Positions 33,833 through 45,136 of a DNA stretch of 64,000 nt are shown piece after piece. Each line of letters begins with the position of its first letter. The first letter of the stretch is position 1. The notes below the pieces were generated by a model. It saw nothing but the letters and a program-made list of their open reading frames with translations, was not told the origin of the DNA and did not search any database. Made by a program: the position numbers and the translations under genes. The stretch is from an uncultured Planctomycetota bacterium (GTDB taxonomy: Bacteria > Planctomycetota > Planctomycetia > Isosphaerales > Isosphaeraceae). The stretch spans positions 1,024,001 through 1,088,000 of the forward strand of contig CAWJTV010000011.1 in the NCBI GenBank assembly GCA_963845755.1. The letters run 5' to 3'.

Positions 33833-34399
33833 ATGATCCACGGGATTTATCAGATGACGCCGCGGCAGTTCCGCAAGGCGATCGACGCCGGGGTCTTCGG
33901 CGAAAAACACGTTGAGCTCCTGGGAGGAATTCCCTTCATCATGTCGGAGAACCCGCCGCATATCTTCGCGTCGATGCGACTCTTTGCCGCGCTTCAGGTG
34001 CTGGCAGCCCTACCGCAATGGGTCGTCAACAAGGAGCACTCCCTTGCGTTGGGCCGCTGGCGGCCGCTTGCCGACACCGTCGTGCTTCGTGGTCCCGACA
34101 CGATTTATGGCACCCGTCTGGCCCGCGCCGCGGATGTCGCACTGCTGGTGGAGATCTCCGACACGACCTACGCCAAGGACAGCGGCCCGAAGCTGCGCCG
34201 CTATGCCAGCTACCGCATCCCGGTCTACTGGATCGTCGATTTGAACCGGCGGATCGTCGAGGTCCGCACCGGACCGTTCGGCAAGGGGAAGCAGGCCGGT
34301 TATGCGGTGTGTCACACCTATCGCGAGGGCGACCTGGTCCCCGTGGAGCTGGACGGTCAGGAGGTCGGGCGGGTCGCGGTGTCCGACCTGCTGCCGTGA
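33833..34399 (+). CDS. Uma2 (DUF820) endonuclease-like protein, copy 3
   Basis: Tandem paralog with the same 188-aa length and near-identical termini. Confidence 0.9.
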   Translation: MIHGIYQMTPRQFRKAIDAGVFGEKHVELLGGIPFIMSENPPHIFASMRLFAALQVLAALPQWVVNKEHSLALGRWRPLADTVVLRGPDTIYGTRLARAADVALLVEISDTTYAKDSGPKLRRYASYRIPVYWIVDLNRRIVEVRTGPFGKGKQAGYAVCHTYREGDLVPVELDGQEVGRVAVSDLLP

Positions 34400-34559
34400 G
34401 TCGGGCATGGCGAGTTGGGTGCAGCGAAGAGTGGCCTGGAATCTCGTGGGTTTCCGATCCGGTCATTTGGGCTTTCAGGGCGGCAGTTGGGCGGCTATCA
34501 TAGCCGCTCCAGGAATGGCTTGTGAAGCGAATGGATCGACCCATCCCAGGAAGGAATCC

Positions 34560-36166
34560 GTGAGTACGGCCAGTCCCGCCGCCAGCGCCATGTCCGGCTC
34601 CCACCCGAAACCTCTGCCGCCGGTCCTGGGCCGCCTCTTGAGCGGCACGTTCTGGCTGACGTTGCGCGTCCCCCTCCAGGTCGTCTTCTCGTTGTGGTCG
34701 ACCCGCCTGGTGTTGGAGGCGGTCGGGGCGGACGGCAATGGCGCCTATCGGTTCGCCTGGGGATTCGGGTTCTTCCAGTTCCTGTTCGAGTTCGGCGCGA
34801 GCTCGGCGTTGCAGCGGCAGATCTCCGACGCCTGGACGCGCGGCGACCGCGACGGCGTTGACCGGGCCATCGCCAGCGGGATGAACTTCTACGCGGTGAT
34901 GGCGATCCTTCAGATCGCGGCGCTCCTGGGGGTGGCTTATGGGGCGCTGCCGCACTCCGGCCTCCAGCCCAGCTCCTATCCGCTGGTCATCAAGCTCCTG
35001 TGGCTCCAGGCGATCACGGCCCCGACGTTCGGCGTCGCGGTGGTCGTCTCGAGCGTGCTCCAGGCGGCACGGCGTTACGATTTCATGCCCCGGTACGAGC
35101 TGGCGATCACCGTGGTGCGGTTCCTGGTCCTCTGGCTGGGGGTGAAGGCCGGGGTCGATTTCTTCTGGATCGTCGCGAGTCAGACGGCGATCCAGGTGGG
35201 CCTGGGCCTGGGCCCGGCGCTCTGGGTGATGGCGCGCGAGCTGGATCACGTGCCGCATTTCCACGGTGCGCGGTGGGACGACTACAAGGCGCTGGGGCGC
35301 ATCAGCTTCTATATCGCATTGATCCAGATCAGCGTCGTACTGGCCGACAAGATCGACACCATGATCCTCGGCTTCATGCTACCGGAACCGGCCAACCCCC
35401 ACATCACCGTCTATGACATGGTCAGCAAGGCATTCTTGCAGCTCCGTCAGGCCGGCTGGATGCTGGCGTACCTGGTGATGCCGGCCGTCGCCAGCCTGGC
35501 GGCCGCAAACGACGTGCGTGGACTGGAACGAGTCAAGTACGATGGCACCCGGATGCACATCGGTCTGCTGCTGCCGGTGGGGCTCCTGGCCTGGATCTAT
35601 GCCGGTCCCTTCCTCTCGCTGTGGTATAGCGACCGGCTGGACTACGACGCGTCGAACGTGGCGCCGCTGATGCGACTGTTCCTGGTCGCCGCGATCCCGC
35701 TGGTGCTCTCGGTGCCCGCCCAGATGGCGATCGGGATCAACAAGATCAAGGTGATCGCCCTGTCGGCCCTGGTCGGGTCGCTGGTCAACCTGCCGGTCAG
35801 TTGCTACCTGACGTATCGGCTCGGCGTGGCCGGCGTGATCTGGGGCACCGTGCTGACGACGCTGTTCTCCAACCTGCTGGTGCCGGGCGTCTATCTCTTC
35901 CGCGAGCTCCAGATCGACCCGCGGACCTACCTGAAGCGAACCGCCGGCGCCCCATTGGCCGGCGCCGCGGCGCTGGTCGCTGTCACCGCGCGTGGTGCGC
36001 GCAGCTCCTGCCGATCGCCGCGAGTGGGCCGGCCACCCTGTCGCGGATCACGCTGTTCCTCCTCCACCTCACCGTCGGCACCCTCGGCTACATCGCCGGA
36101 TATCTGCTCGTCCCCGCCGGCCGCGGCGACTTCACCGAGCTGGCCGCCAGGCTAAGGCGGCGATGA
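34560..36166 (+). CDS. Oligosaccharide flippase (Wzx/MOP family), C-terminal frameshift
   Basis: GTG after AGGAAGGA; about 12-14 TM; FEFGASSALQRQIS, LADKIDTMILG, LGVAGVIWGT. Confidence 0.78.
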
Positions 36167-36198
36167 GTGAGTCGGGGAATTACACGTTCTCACGGCTC

Positions 36199-36257
36199 GT
36201 AGGTCAGGTTTTCCAGCCTGACGGTGCCGGATCGTCAGGCTGGAAAGCCTGACCTCC
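36199..36257. repeat. GTAG-REP doublet, family A
   Basis: GTAGGTCAGGTTTTCCAGCCTGAC ... GTCAGGCTGGAAAGCCTGACCTCC. Confidence 0.85.
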
Positions 36258-36422
36258 ACGTTCGCCGGGGCAATCACATCCGCTCCAGGCGATGGACGAC
36301 CGGCCGCGCGTCGGTCATACTCATGCCTGAGAATGGACGGCGATCGGGGCGTCCTGGCTCTCCGAGGCGCGGCGGCCGTGGCACATCAGTTCGATCGAAT
36401 AAGAGGGGAGTGAAATCCGGTT

Positions 36423-38064
36423 ATGAGAGGGATTTGTTCAACATTCATCGTGGCGGCGGTGGCATGGGGATTGTCGGTGGCCGCCGTGGCCCAGGCGCCG
36501 AAGGGGTCCGGGGACCAGCCACGGGCGGACCGTCAAGCGGAGGGTCCCGCTCCGAAGGCGGCGGCCGTCCCCGAGCCCGGCGGCGAGGCCAAGGCGGTCA
36601 CCAAGGCGATCCTGGAAGAGATCGACAAGCGCTCGGAGCTGATGGCCAACATCGAGTATCTCTGCGACATGATCGGCCCGCGGCTGACCGGCTCGCCGGG
36701 CCTGGCCAAGGCTAACCAGTGGACCCGCGATAAGTTCCGGCAGTACGGCATGGCCAACGCCCACCTCGAGTCGTGGATGATCGAACGGTCCTGGGCCCGC
36801 GGCGAGGCCAGGGGCCGGGTCGTTGTCCCGGTCGAGCAGCGCATCCTCCTGGAATCGGCCGGCTGGAGCCCCTCCACCAAGGGCCCACAGCGCGGGCCGG
36901 TGGTCCACGTCAAGGCCCAGTCGGCCGACGAGCTGAGTCCCTACAAGGGCAAGCTCAAGGGGGCCTGGGTCTTGCTCGACGAGGTCTCCGTCCAGCCTTC
37001 GCCCAAGCAGGCCGCGCCCAACCTGGAAGGCGACATGCGCCGGCGGATCCGCGACTTCACCCGAATGCGGGAATTCTACCGCGAGCTGCAGAAGTTCCTG
37101 GTCGCCGAGGGCGTCGCCGGGCGGCTCCGCGACTCGAACAAGGAGCATGGCCTCGTCAACATGACCGGCGCGTCGGCCAACTTCACCCGGGCCGAGATCC
37201 CCGAGGCGTTCCTGACGACCGAGTCCTACGGCCTGATCTGGCGGCTGCTCAAGCGCGGGCCGGTCGAGCTCGAGATCGACCTGAAGAACACCTTCAGCGA
37301 CGACGAGGTCGAGGTCTACAACACGGTCGCCGAGATTCCCGGCGCCGAGAAGCCCGACGAGGTCGTGATCATCGGCGGCCACATCGATAGCTGGGACCTC
37401 GGCACCGGCGCCACCGACAACGGCACGGGCATCATGGCCGTGCTCGAGGCCGCCCGGGCGCTCAAGGCCGTCGAACGTGAAGCCGAAGCGCACCATCCGC
37501 TTCGTCCTGTTCTCGGGCGAGGAGGAGGGTTTGCATGGATCGCGTGCTTATGTCAAGGCTCATGAGAAAGATATGGCCAAGATTTCCGGCGTGCTGATCC
37601 ACGACACCGGGACCGGGAAGGTCAAGAGCATCGGGCTCCAGGGCCGTTACGACCTGCGCGAAGTCATGGAGAAGGTGGTCGAGCCGTTCAAGGAGGCGGT
37701 GAATCTCGAAGAATTGAGCATGCGGAGCATGTTCGGCACGGATCACCTATCGTTCCTGCCGCACGGGGTGCCGGCCTTCGCCGTGGTCCAGGACATGGCC
37801 GAGTATCGCAAGACGCACCACACCGAGAGTGACACGTTCGACAAGGTCTATCCCGACGAGATCAACCAGGGTGCGAAGGTGCTGGCGGCGTGGGCTTACA
37901 ACGTGGCGATGCTGCCGGATGCCCTGCCGCGCGATCCCAAACCCCCCCAGCGCGGGATGTTCGACAGCCCCGAGTTCCAGCAGCCCCGCGACCAGAAGCC
38001 GAAGTCCGAGGAGCCCCGGAAGCCGGGCAGCAACGGCCGGGCGGCTGCCGACGCGGGGCGGTGA
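36423..38064 (+). CDS. M28 metallopeptidase (carboxypeptidase Q-like), frameshifted
   Basis: Signal peptide; IGPRLTGS, GGHIDSWD, GATDNGTG, FSGEEEGLHGS, TDHLSF, HHTESDTFD; frame switch near 37475. Confidence 0.88.
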
Positions 38065-38380
38065 AACCTCGGAGTGCGTCGCCAATCGAGTCGGGGCGGG
38101 GGTTCGCTATCCGCGCGAAATGCCTGCTGGACTCGTCGGACTGACCGGGTTGGGTTGAACTCATGGACGTGCGGGGGTTGATGGACAGGATCCAGGCGGC
38201 GGCGAAGGCTCTGGCAGGCCGGTTCCGTCGCCGCAAGCCCGCGTCGCCTCCCCGCCGTCTGACCCTCGCCCCACCGGAGCCGATCCCCGCCGATCCGGCG
38301 GAGCACGCCATTCAATTCGCTGAATATCACAAGCGGTCGAACATCGAGACGACTATACTGCACGTGGCCTCTGGGGACAC

Positions 38381-40349
38381 TCAGAGCGTCTCGAGGAACG
38401 CGACGAGATCGGCGATCTCCGCGGGCGTCAGCACCAGGCCGCGGGGATGGTGCTCCTTCCGGAACACGTCTTCGAGCGATCGGGCGCGGCCGTCGTGCAG
38501 GAAGGCGGCGCGCCGGCTGACCCGCGCAGGGCAGGGGGGTTGAACTCATGGTTCCCCACCTCGTCGCGCAATCCCACGTTGAAAAGCTGGGGTGAGGCGT
38601 AATGGGGCGGGGTATGGCACGTCGCGCATTTCCGGGATTCGAAGAGAGCACTCCCGCGCCGACGGCGGCCTTCGTGGCGTCAGGGCCCGCACTCCAGAGC
38701 TTCGGCGAGGGTGGCTCGAGGGATTCCAGATAGGCGATGAGGTCGGCGACCTGGGCGTCACTTGGCCTCGGGCCCTGCATGGTCGTCATGATCGACTTGC
38801 TGACCTGGTCGCCCAGCCGAGCCATGGACCCGGTCCAGGTCCAGGGGCCGGTACTGGCGACGCCCAGGAGCGTCGGCACGCGCTTCGGCGCGCCATAAGA
38901 GCCGTCGCCGAGCGTGTCGCTGAGGAGGTTGTTCGTGTGGCCATCGGTGTGGCAACTCTGACAGCTCATCCAACCGTCGTGAGAGAGCTTGGCGCTCGAG
39001 AATAGTCGCTCGCCGCGGTCGGCGGCGCTCGGCTCGGGATGGGGGCCGAGGCCGATCGTCGCGGGGCGCTGGCCGGTGGCGATGGTGATGACCGAGATCG
39101 TGTCGTCCAGACTGTCGGCGACGTAGAGGGATTCTCCGTCCGGGCTGGTGGCCAGGGCGATGGGCCGGCGTCCCACGACGATCCGATGCGCACCTTGACC
39201 GAGGTCCGCCGCGATCGCGACCTCGTCCATGCCGGAAAGTGCGACCATCACATGGCCGCGGCGGTCGAAGGCGATGGCCCCCGGATCGCCCGCCGCATAG
39301 CCGACGTCGCCCAGGTCGAAGAGTTTGCTGCCTTCGAGGAGCGTGGCATCGGGTCTAGAGCCGTTCACGATCGAGTTGGGCTCGCGTGAGGAACCCCCCC
39401 TGGCCCCCCCTTCGTAAGGGGGGGAGACAGCGGCGCGTTCTTTCCCCTCCTTGCGAAGGGGGGGTGAGGGGGGGGGTTGTTGCAGGGGTTCTTGGGAGTG
39501 CACAAGCTGAGCGTCAACGACTGCATGACTCAGCAGCGCTTCTGTTCGCAGGACCCGCAGATGATTGCGGATCAACTGACCCCAGTGCACATCATCGAAG
39601 CTGGTCTGCGCCAGGCGGTTGAGCACCTGGTGCGCGAGGACCAGCGTCCGGCCGTCGGGGGTGAAGGCCAGTCCGCGGATGTTGTGCGCCGGCAGCGATC
39701 GAACCGACTCGATCGCCAGCGGCTTCGTCTGAACCACCGCGAGCTGTCCGCCGAACGCATCGGCGACGACGAGCCGCGATCCCTCGGGGAAAAACGCCAG
39801 CGCGCGCGGGCAGAACGGCAGGTCGAGACTTCCGTTAATGGAGAGCCTCGGGTGCGGGTCCTCCGGCCCGCGCGCGACAGGCCGGCGAACGTCAGCCGCC
39901 GCGACCAGAGGGAAGCCACGACGCACGACAGGCCGTCGGCCGAGACAACCAGCCCGACCGGATCGGCACTGACCGTCCGTCGTTCCAGGACCTGGATCGA
40001 ATGGCCTTGGTAATCGAGTAATAAGAGGTCGTTGGCCGCCTGATCGACGGCGAGGAGGTGGCGGCCGTCGGGCAGGACGGCGAGGCCGGCCAGGCCGCTG
40101 CCGATATTCGGCTCGCCGACCACGTGGCGGGAGGCGATGTCGATCACCGAGATGGTGCCGCTCCGCCGGTTGGCGACGAGCAGCGTCTTGCCGCCGTCGA
40201 CGAACGCCAGCGCGACGGGCTGGCGGATCCGCCGGGCCAGGGGGCCGTCCGAGTTCGGTTCGTCGCCGCGGGCGACTTCCTGGCGCGTGCAAGAGCCAGG
40301 CCAACAGGGCGACTGCGCCGAGGGTTCGAGTTAGTGAATGTTTGCGCAT
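38381..40349 (-). CDS. Beta-propeller plus di-heme cytochrome c (cytochrome c peroxidase-like) protein, frameshifted
   Basis: YVTN-like propeller motifs; heme motifs CQSCH and CATCH; FLHDGRA; ends DLVAFLETL. Confidence 0.78.
39392..39478. repeat. Palindromic element inserted in frame within a CDS
   Basis: AACCCCCCC...GGGGGGGTT ends enclosing hairpins CCCCCTTCGTAAGGGGG and CCCCTCCTTGCGAAGGGGG. Confidence 0.75.
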
Positions 40350-40380
40350 GCTTGTTGACTTTCATCCGTGGATCGACCGT

Positions 40381-41903
40381 TCAGGACTTCTTCCGCGGCC
40401 GTTCGAGGTACTCGATGGCCTTCACCAGGGCATGGTTGACATGCGGGACAGCCTTCGAGGCCGGATTGGCTTTCTGCGGTCGGGAGGACGGTTCGCGAGG
40501 CATCGGGTTCGTGGGGGCCATGACGTCCGGCTTCACGCCGGTCTTGATTTCCGGCGGCGGTCCCGACTCGATCCGGCGTACGGCAACGCGGTCTGGATGG
40601 GTGTTCATCGCGTTCTCAGCCGCGTTGCTGAGGGGCCGGCCATCACCGCGTTCGAGGTAGCCGGTCAGCAATTCGATCGACCAGGAGCCATCGCCGACGG
40701 ACACGCGCGACCGAATGCCTTCGATCGAGGGCTTCCTGACGTGGGCGCCGGCGGTCGGCGAGCCGACGACCGTCGCCCGGCGGTTGTCCTGGAGTGCCGC
40801 CGCGAGCCATTCCGCGGTGCCCCACGTGGTGGCGTTGACCAGGATGGCCATCGGCCAGCCGCGGAACAGGGCGTCAGGCTCGGAATGATAGACCGTCTCT
40901 CCTTGCGCGGTACGGACGCGGCCGATCGAACCGTGATCCAGCAGGCAATCGGCCAGGAGCACGGCCGAATGGACCGAGCTGCCTCCCCGGCCGCGCAGGT
41001 CGAGCACCAGGGCCCGGATGCCCTCGCTCTCGAGTTGCCCTGCCAGTCTGCGCAGCTCATGGGGAGTGCTGGCGGTGATCTCGGTGATCGCCAGATAGCC
41101 GATCGGATCGGGGCTATCGAGCCGCACGTCCCAGCCGCCGGCCGGCCGCTTTTGAATGCCATGTACGGTCTCACGCGGGAGCGAGCCGCGGGTGATCGTA
41201 TACGTCCGGGATTTCGTCTCGTTGGGTTGCCGGACCTTGATCGTGACATCGGTTCCCTCGTCACCGCGTAGCCGATCGACGATGTCGCGCAGGATCACGC
41301 CCTTGGTGGCGACGCCATCGATTTCCTCGATCAGGTCGCCTGTCATGACTCCGGCTCGAGCCGCCGGCCCGCCCGGGAAGACCTGGTGGATGTTCGGCTG
41401 GTGTTCCTTCTCATTGGTCGATAGGGCGATATGAATGCCGACATAGCGATTGCCCTCGATCTGCTCGGCCACCTTGCGCTCCTTGGCGGAGATCAATTCC
41501 GCACCGCCGGGGACGGCGGCGAGCAGTCCATCGAATAGCGTTTCCTCGAGCATCCTCGCCGGGGCCGGCTTGCCGGTCGTGTTCGACTTCGGCCAGGCCT
41601 CCACGAGAAGCTCCGCGAGTTGATCGGGCGTCGCGATGGCCGAGACGCGGCGGCCCAGCCCGGCCGGGACCGTCGCGCCGGATGCGTGGTACAGCGCCTT
41701 GATCGCGGAGAGGATCATCTGCTGCCGAACGGGCGGATCGATGTGATGCTCGAGCACCGCGTCGGTGATCTCCTGGATGCGCTTCGCAGGTCGGGCGGCG
41801 GCTTGGGGGAGGGATCGCCCGCGATCGCCGTCGGGATGGAAACGACCGCCGCGATCGAGAAGACGACAAGGCCGATCAAAGACGTCCGGAGGGGTCGTTC
41901 CAT
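40381..41903 (-). CDS. S41 C-terminal processing peptidase with PDZ domain, N-terminal frameshift
   Basis: AGGAGG RBS; YVGIHI, GPAARAG, LVLDLRGRGG, TWGTAEWLAAALQDNRRATVVGSPTAG. Confidence 0.8.
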
Positions 41904-41933
41904 GATAAAGCCTCCTGGTTCAGGACAAAAGAT

Positions 41934-42233
41934 TCACTCATCAAACGCAAATCGCTTCAGGTCACGGCGACCGTGAATGATGCGTAGGACCAAAATCGTG
42001 TCCTCAAGCGGCCTGAAGAATACCACGTACGGTGGTACCGGGAAGCTGCGAAGACCCGGAGAGATCTCGTCCCTGAGCCGTCCGGTCTCGGGAAACCGGG
42101 CTCGGCTACGGCACTTTTCCAGGATTTGCGAAATCAAGCGGTCGGCCGCTCGCTCGTCTCCCTTCGATGCGACCGAGTACCAGATATCGCGCACGTCGTC
42201 TTTAGCTTTGGCGGTTAGCTCCGGCTCCCTCAT
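41934..42233 (-). CDS. parE: ParE/RelE family toxin
   Basis: AKDDVRDIW, FPETGRLRDEISPGLRSF, YVVFFR, VLRIIHGRRDL. Confidence 0.88.
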   Translation of the reverse strand: MREPELTAKAKDDVRDIWYSVASKGDERAADRLISQILEKCRSRARFPETGRLRDEISPGLRSFPVPPYVVFFRPLEDTILVLRIIHGRRDLKRFAFDE

Positions 42234-42514
42234 GATCTCTTTGACCTTCGCTCGGCCGCGAGACGTTTGCGCCCCTGAGCTTTGATCTCCTTGAGGGTTT
42301 CCTCATTGAAGTTGGAGACCTCGCCTCTGTCGGCCTGGTCGATTCCGATCTGAATCTCACGCCGCAGCTCTTCGAGTTTCCTCTGATAAATCTCATCTTT
42401 CTCCTTGAGGAGTCGCAGCCCCTCGCGGATAACCTCGCTCGCCGAATGGTAGAGGCCGCTTCGGACCTTGCCGCTGACGTATTGTTCAAGCTCCGGCGTC
42501 AGTGAAACGTTCAT
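42230..42514 (-). CDS. parD: ParD family antitoxin (RHH)
   Basis: MNVSLTPELEQYV..KVRSGLYHSASEVIREGLRLL; ATGA overlap with the toxin. Confidence 0.9.
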   Translation of the reverse strand: MNVSLTPELEQYVSGKVRSGLYHSASEVIREGLRLLKEKDEIYQRKLEELRREIQIGIDQADRGEVSNFNEETLKEIKAQGRKRLAAERRSKRS

Positions 42515-42641
42515 ACGTAATTCGACTCCTTCATCGATTCGGAATAGCCCGTACCCCGAATCGTACGTCCGGCCACGGAGAATAGCAATATTTGTTATCG
42601 AGGCCGAGGGCGCCCTCACACTCGATCGAGCGGGTTCATCG

Positions 42642-45068
42642 TCATTTCTTGATCAACCACACCTCGGCGACCTGGCATCCGCGACCGTTGCCGCCGCGGC
42701 CCGGCTCGACGGTCCAGGTCAGGGTGAGGGTGCCGGTCTTCGACGCCTCGGAGGGGATGTCGAACTCCACCGGCGTCATGTCCCGCGGCTTGAGCAGGAA
42801 CGGGTGCACCTCTCGCGTATCGTTGGCCGCCAGCCGCACCTTCACCTGGAACATATCGCCGGTATACACGACCTTGACCCTGTACGACGCGGCCGGGTCG
42901 AGGCCGTTGTATCGCATCCGCAGGGGCTCGCCGAAGAGGGTGCCGGAGTGTCGGCACCAGGAACGGCGCCAGGAGGGGTCCTGGTCGAAGGCCGTCATCG
43001 GGCCGTGGAACGAGGCCGGGTCCTCGGCATAGGGCGAGCCGGGGACGCGGTGGGGGCGCTGGAGGGGATTGCCCAGGTCGTCGTAGAACCCGCCGGGACC
43101 GGGGTTCGTCCACTCGACGATCGCCGCGATCGCGCGGAGCCGCGCCGGCTCGGAAGTCGTCTGGCGGATCGCCTCGAAGCGGCGGTTGAGCCAGATCCGG
43201 TTGTTGAGAACCTGGTCGATCGTGTCGAGGTTGGCGCCCCGGCCCACCGAGATCGCCTTGTATCGCGGGACGCTCAGTTGCATGCGAATGCTCTGGAATA
43301 ACGCCTCGCCCAGCTCGAAGACCCGCGCCCGGAGATCGGCCGCGACCGGCTCGCAGCGCCTCCGAGGATCCGCTCGGCCTGTTCCATCGCGGCGATCGAG
43401 CCGATCGCGCCGGCCTGACGCAGCCTGTCGATCGCCCGCTCCTCGAGGTTGGTCTCGAAGATGAGGCGGCTGCGGACATAGGCGTCGTAATAGGCGCGGT
43501 AGAGCGCCTGCTGGAACCGCCAGTTCGCCAGCACGCGCGGCGGCACGCGGCGTTCCAGCGTCCGGAACTGCTGGAGGGTCGTGTTGACCGAGCCGTTCGT
43601 CAACAGCGGCCCGCGCCAGTTCTGCTCCAGGGCGAAGAGCCCCTGGGCGAAGCCGTCGGCGTCGCGGTCGGGCAGGCCGGCGAGGATTCGGGCATAATCG
43701 CGCAAGACATCGAGGATATCCGCATCCGGGTCCCAGCCCAGCGCGCTCCAGACGATCTTGTTGACGTCGTCGTTGCAGCCCTCGGAATAGGTGATGAAGC
43801 CAATCGTGTTCTCAGCAAACGCGTGAAAGATCGTCGATTCATCCCGCGGGCGGGGATTGATCACCTCGCGGCCTTCGGTCAGGGCATAGGCGACGTCCCA
43901 GTCGGGGACCGGGTACTGGCAGCGCAGGCTGTGGGTGATATCCGGGTAGTCGCGGATCGGGTACTTCGACGGGACGGCCTTCCTCAGCTCGGGGAGGCTG
44001 ATCCGCACTTGCGGGCCGTACACGATGCCGCCGAGCCAGGCGGGCTCGGCCTTCACCAGCGCGAGGAACTCGTCCAGCCACTCGCGGGAGAAGCTCTGGG
44101 GCGAGACCCACATCTGGGCGGTCGGGTGATAGCGCCGGAGGTTGGCGGCCTGCTTTTCCAGGAGGGCCATCAGGTATTGGGGCCGGGTGTGTCCCGGATC
44201 GCCGCCGGGCACGAAGACCGCGTCGATCCGGGGCAGCTTCTTGAACACCTCGGCCCACTCCTGGATCGCGTGCTCGACCGTTTTCGGATCGGAATAATCG
44301 GCATCCATCGCCGGATACCAGATCCAGACGTCCAATCCATAATCGGCGCAGATGCCGGACATGCCGGCCATCATCGCGAGGGGCGGCCGGGGGAAATGCG
44401 GGCTATCGGCGTCATCGTCGGAACGGGGCGGGATCAGCTCGATGGCATTGGTGCCGAAGAGCGCCAGCTCGCGGATGTAGCGCTCCCATTGGGGGAGGTC
44501 CCAGGCGTCGTAAGAGTTCGTCTTGGGACGGTAGCCGAGTTGATGACCGCGCAGCGGGTATTTCGGTGCCGAGGTCAGGTTGAGCCGATCGGGCAGCGTC
44601 GCCTGCCCCGGTCTCATCCGCAGCGTGCGCAGGAACCGGCCGACGCCGAAGAGCACGCCGCGCGCATCGTTGCCGATGACCAGCACCGCAGGCGCGCCCC
44701 GGCCCGTGTCCACGGTGCGGATGTGGAAGCCCTCCCGGGCATCGCCGCCCGGCGGCGCGGCGGGGACGTGGTCGCGGAACGGGCTGGTGTCTGATCGCAG
44801 CAGTCGGGCCGGCCCGATCGCGACGATCGGCTCCGCACCGCCCGGCAACCGCAATGAGACCTCCCAGGAAATGCCCGCCTGCGCGCACCTCCTCGACCAG
44901 GAGCTGCACGGCCTGGTTCTCCGGACCCGATAGCCCGTCCGGCACGACGACCACGGCGCGATTCAGGTCGAGCTCCGCGGCGCCGGCCGGGACTTGGCCC
45001 TGGAGGATGCCGGCAAGGGCGGCGATGAGCGTCAATCGGACGGCGAGCGATCTTGTGGGGTACATCAT
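42642..45068 (-). CDS. Exported putative glycoside hydrolase-like protein, frameshifted
   Basis: Signal peptide; GH20/GH67-like N-domain (LVIGNDARGVLFGVGRFLR); RGHQLGYRPKTNSYDAW; beta-sandwich C-terminus. Confidence 0.55.
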
Positions 45069-45070
45069 TT

Positions 45071-45130
45071 GTAGGTCAGGCTTTCCAGCCTGACAACTCC
45101 CGGCGCGTCAGGCGGGAAAGCCTGACCTGC
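45071..45130. repeat. GTAG-REP doublet, family A
   Basis: GTAGGTCAGGCTTTCCAGCCTGAC ... GTCAGGCGGGAAAGCCTGACCTGC. Confidence 0.85.
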
Positions 45131-45136
45131 AAACAC

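Noticed and set aside
25358..34399. Diversity-generating retroelement acting on the Uma2 genes
   Set aside because: Differences are not adenine-specific, all copies are full genes, and there is no reverse transcriptase in the window
38163..38543. 126-aa plus-strand ORF
   Set aside because: It overlaps the 3' end of the cytochrome gene; only the first 55 aa or so look protein-like, so at best an unassignable remnant
41934..42514. parDE as the marker of a prophage or integrative element
   Set aside because: No integrase, att repeats or phage genes nearby; an ordinary stand-alone TA pair
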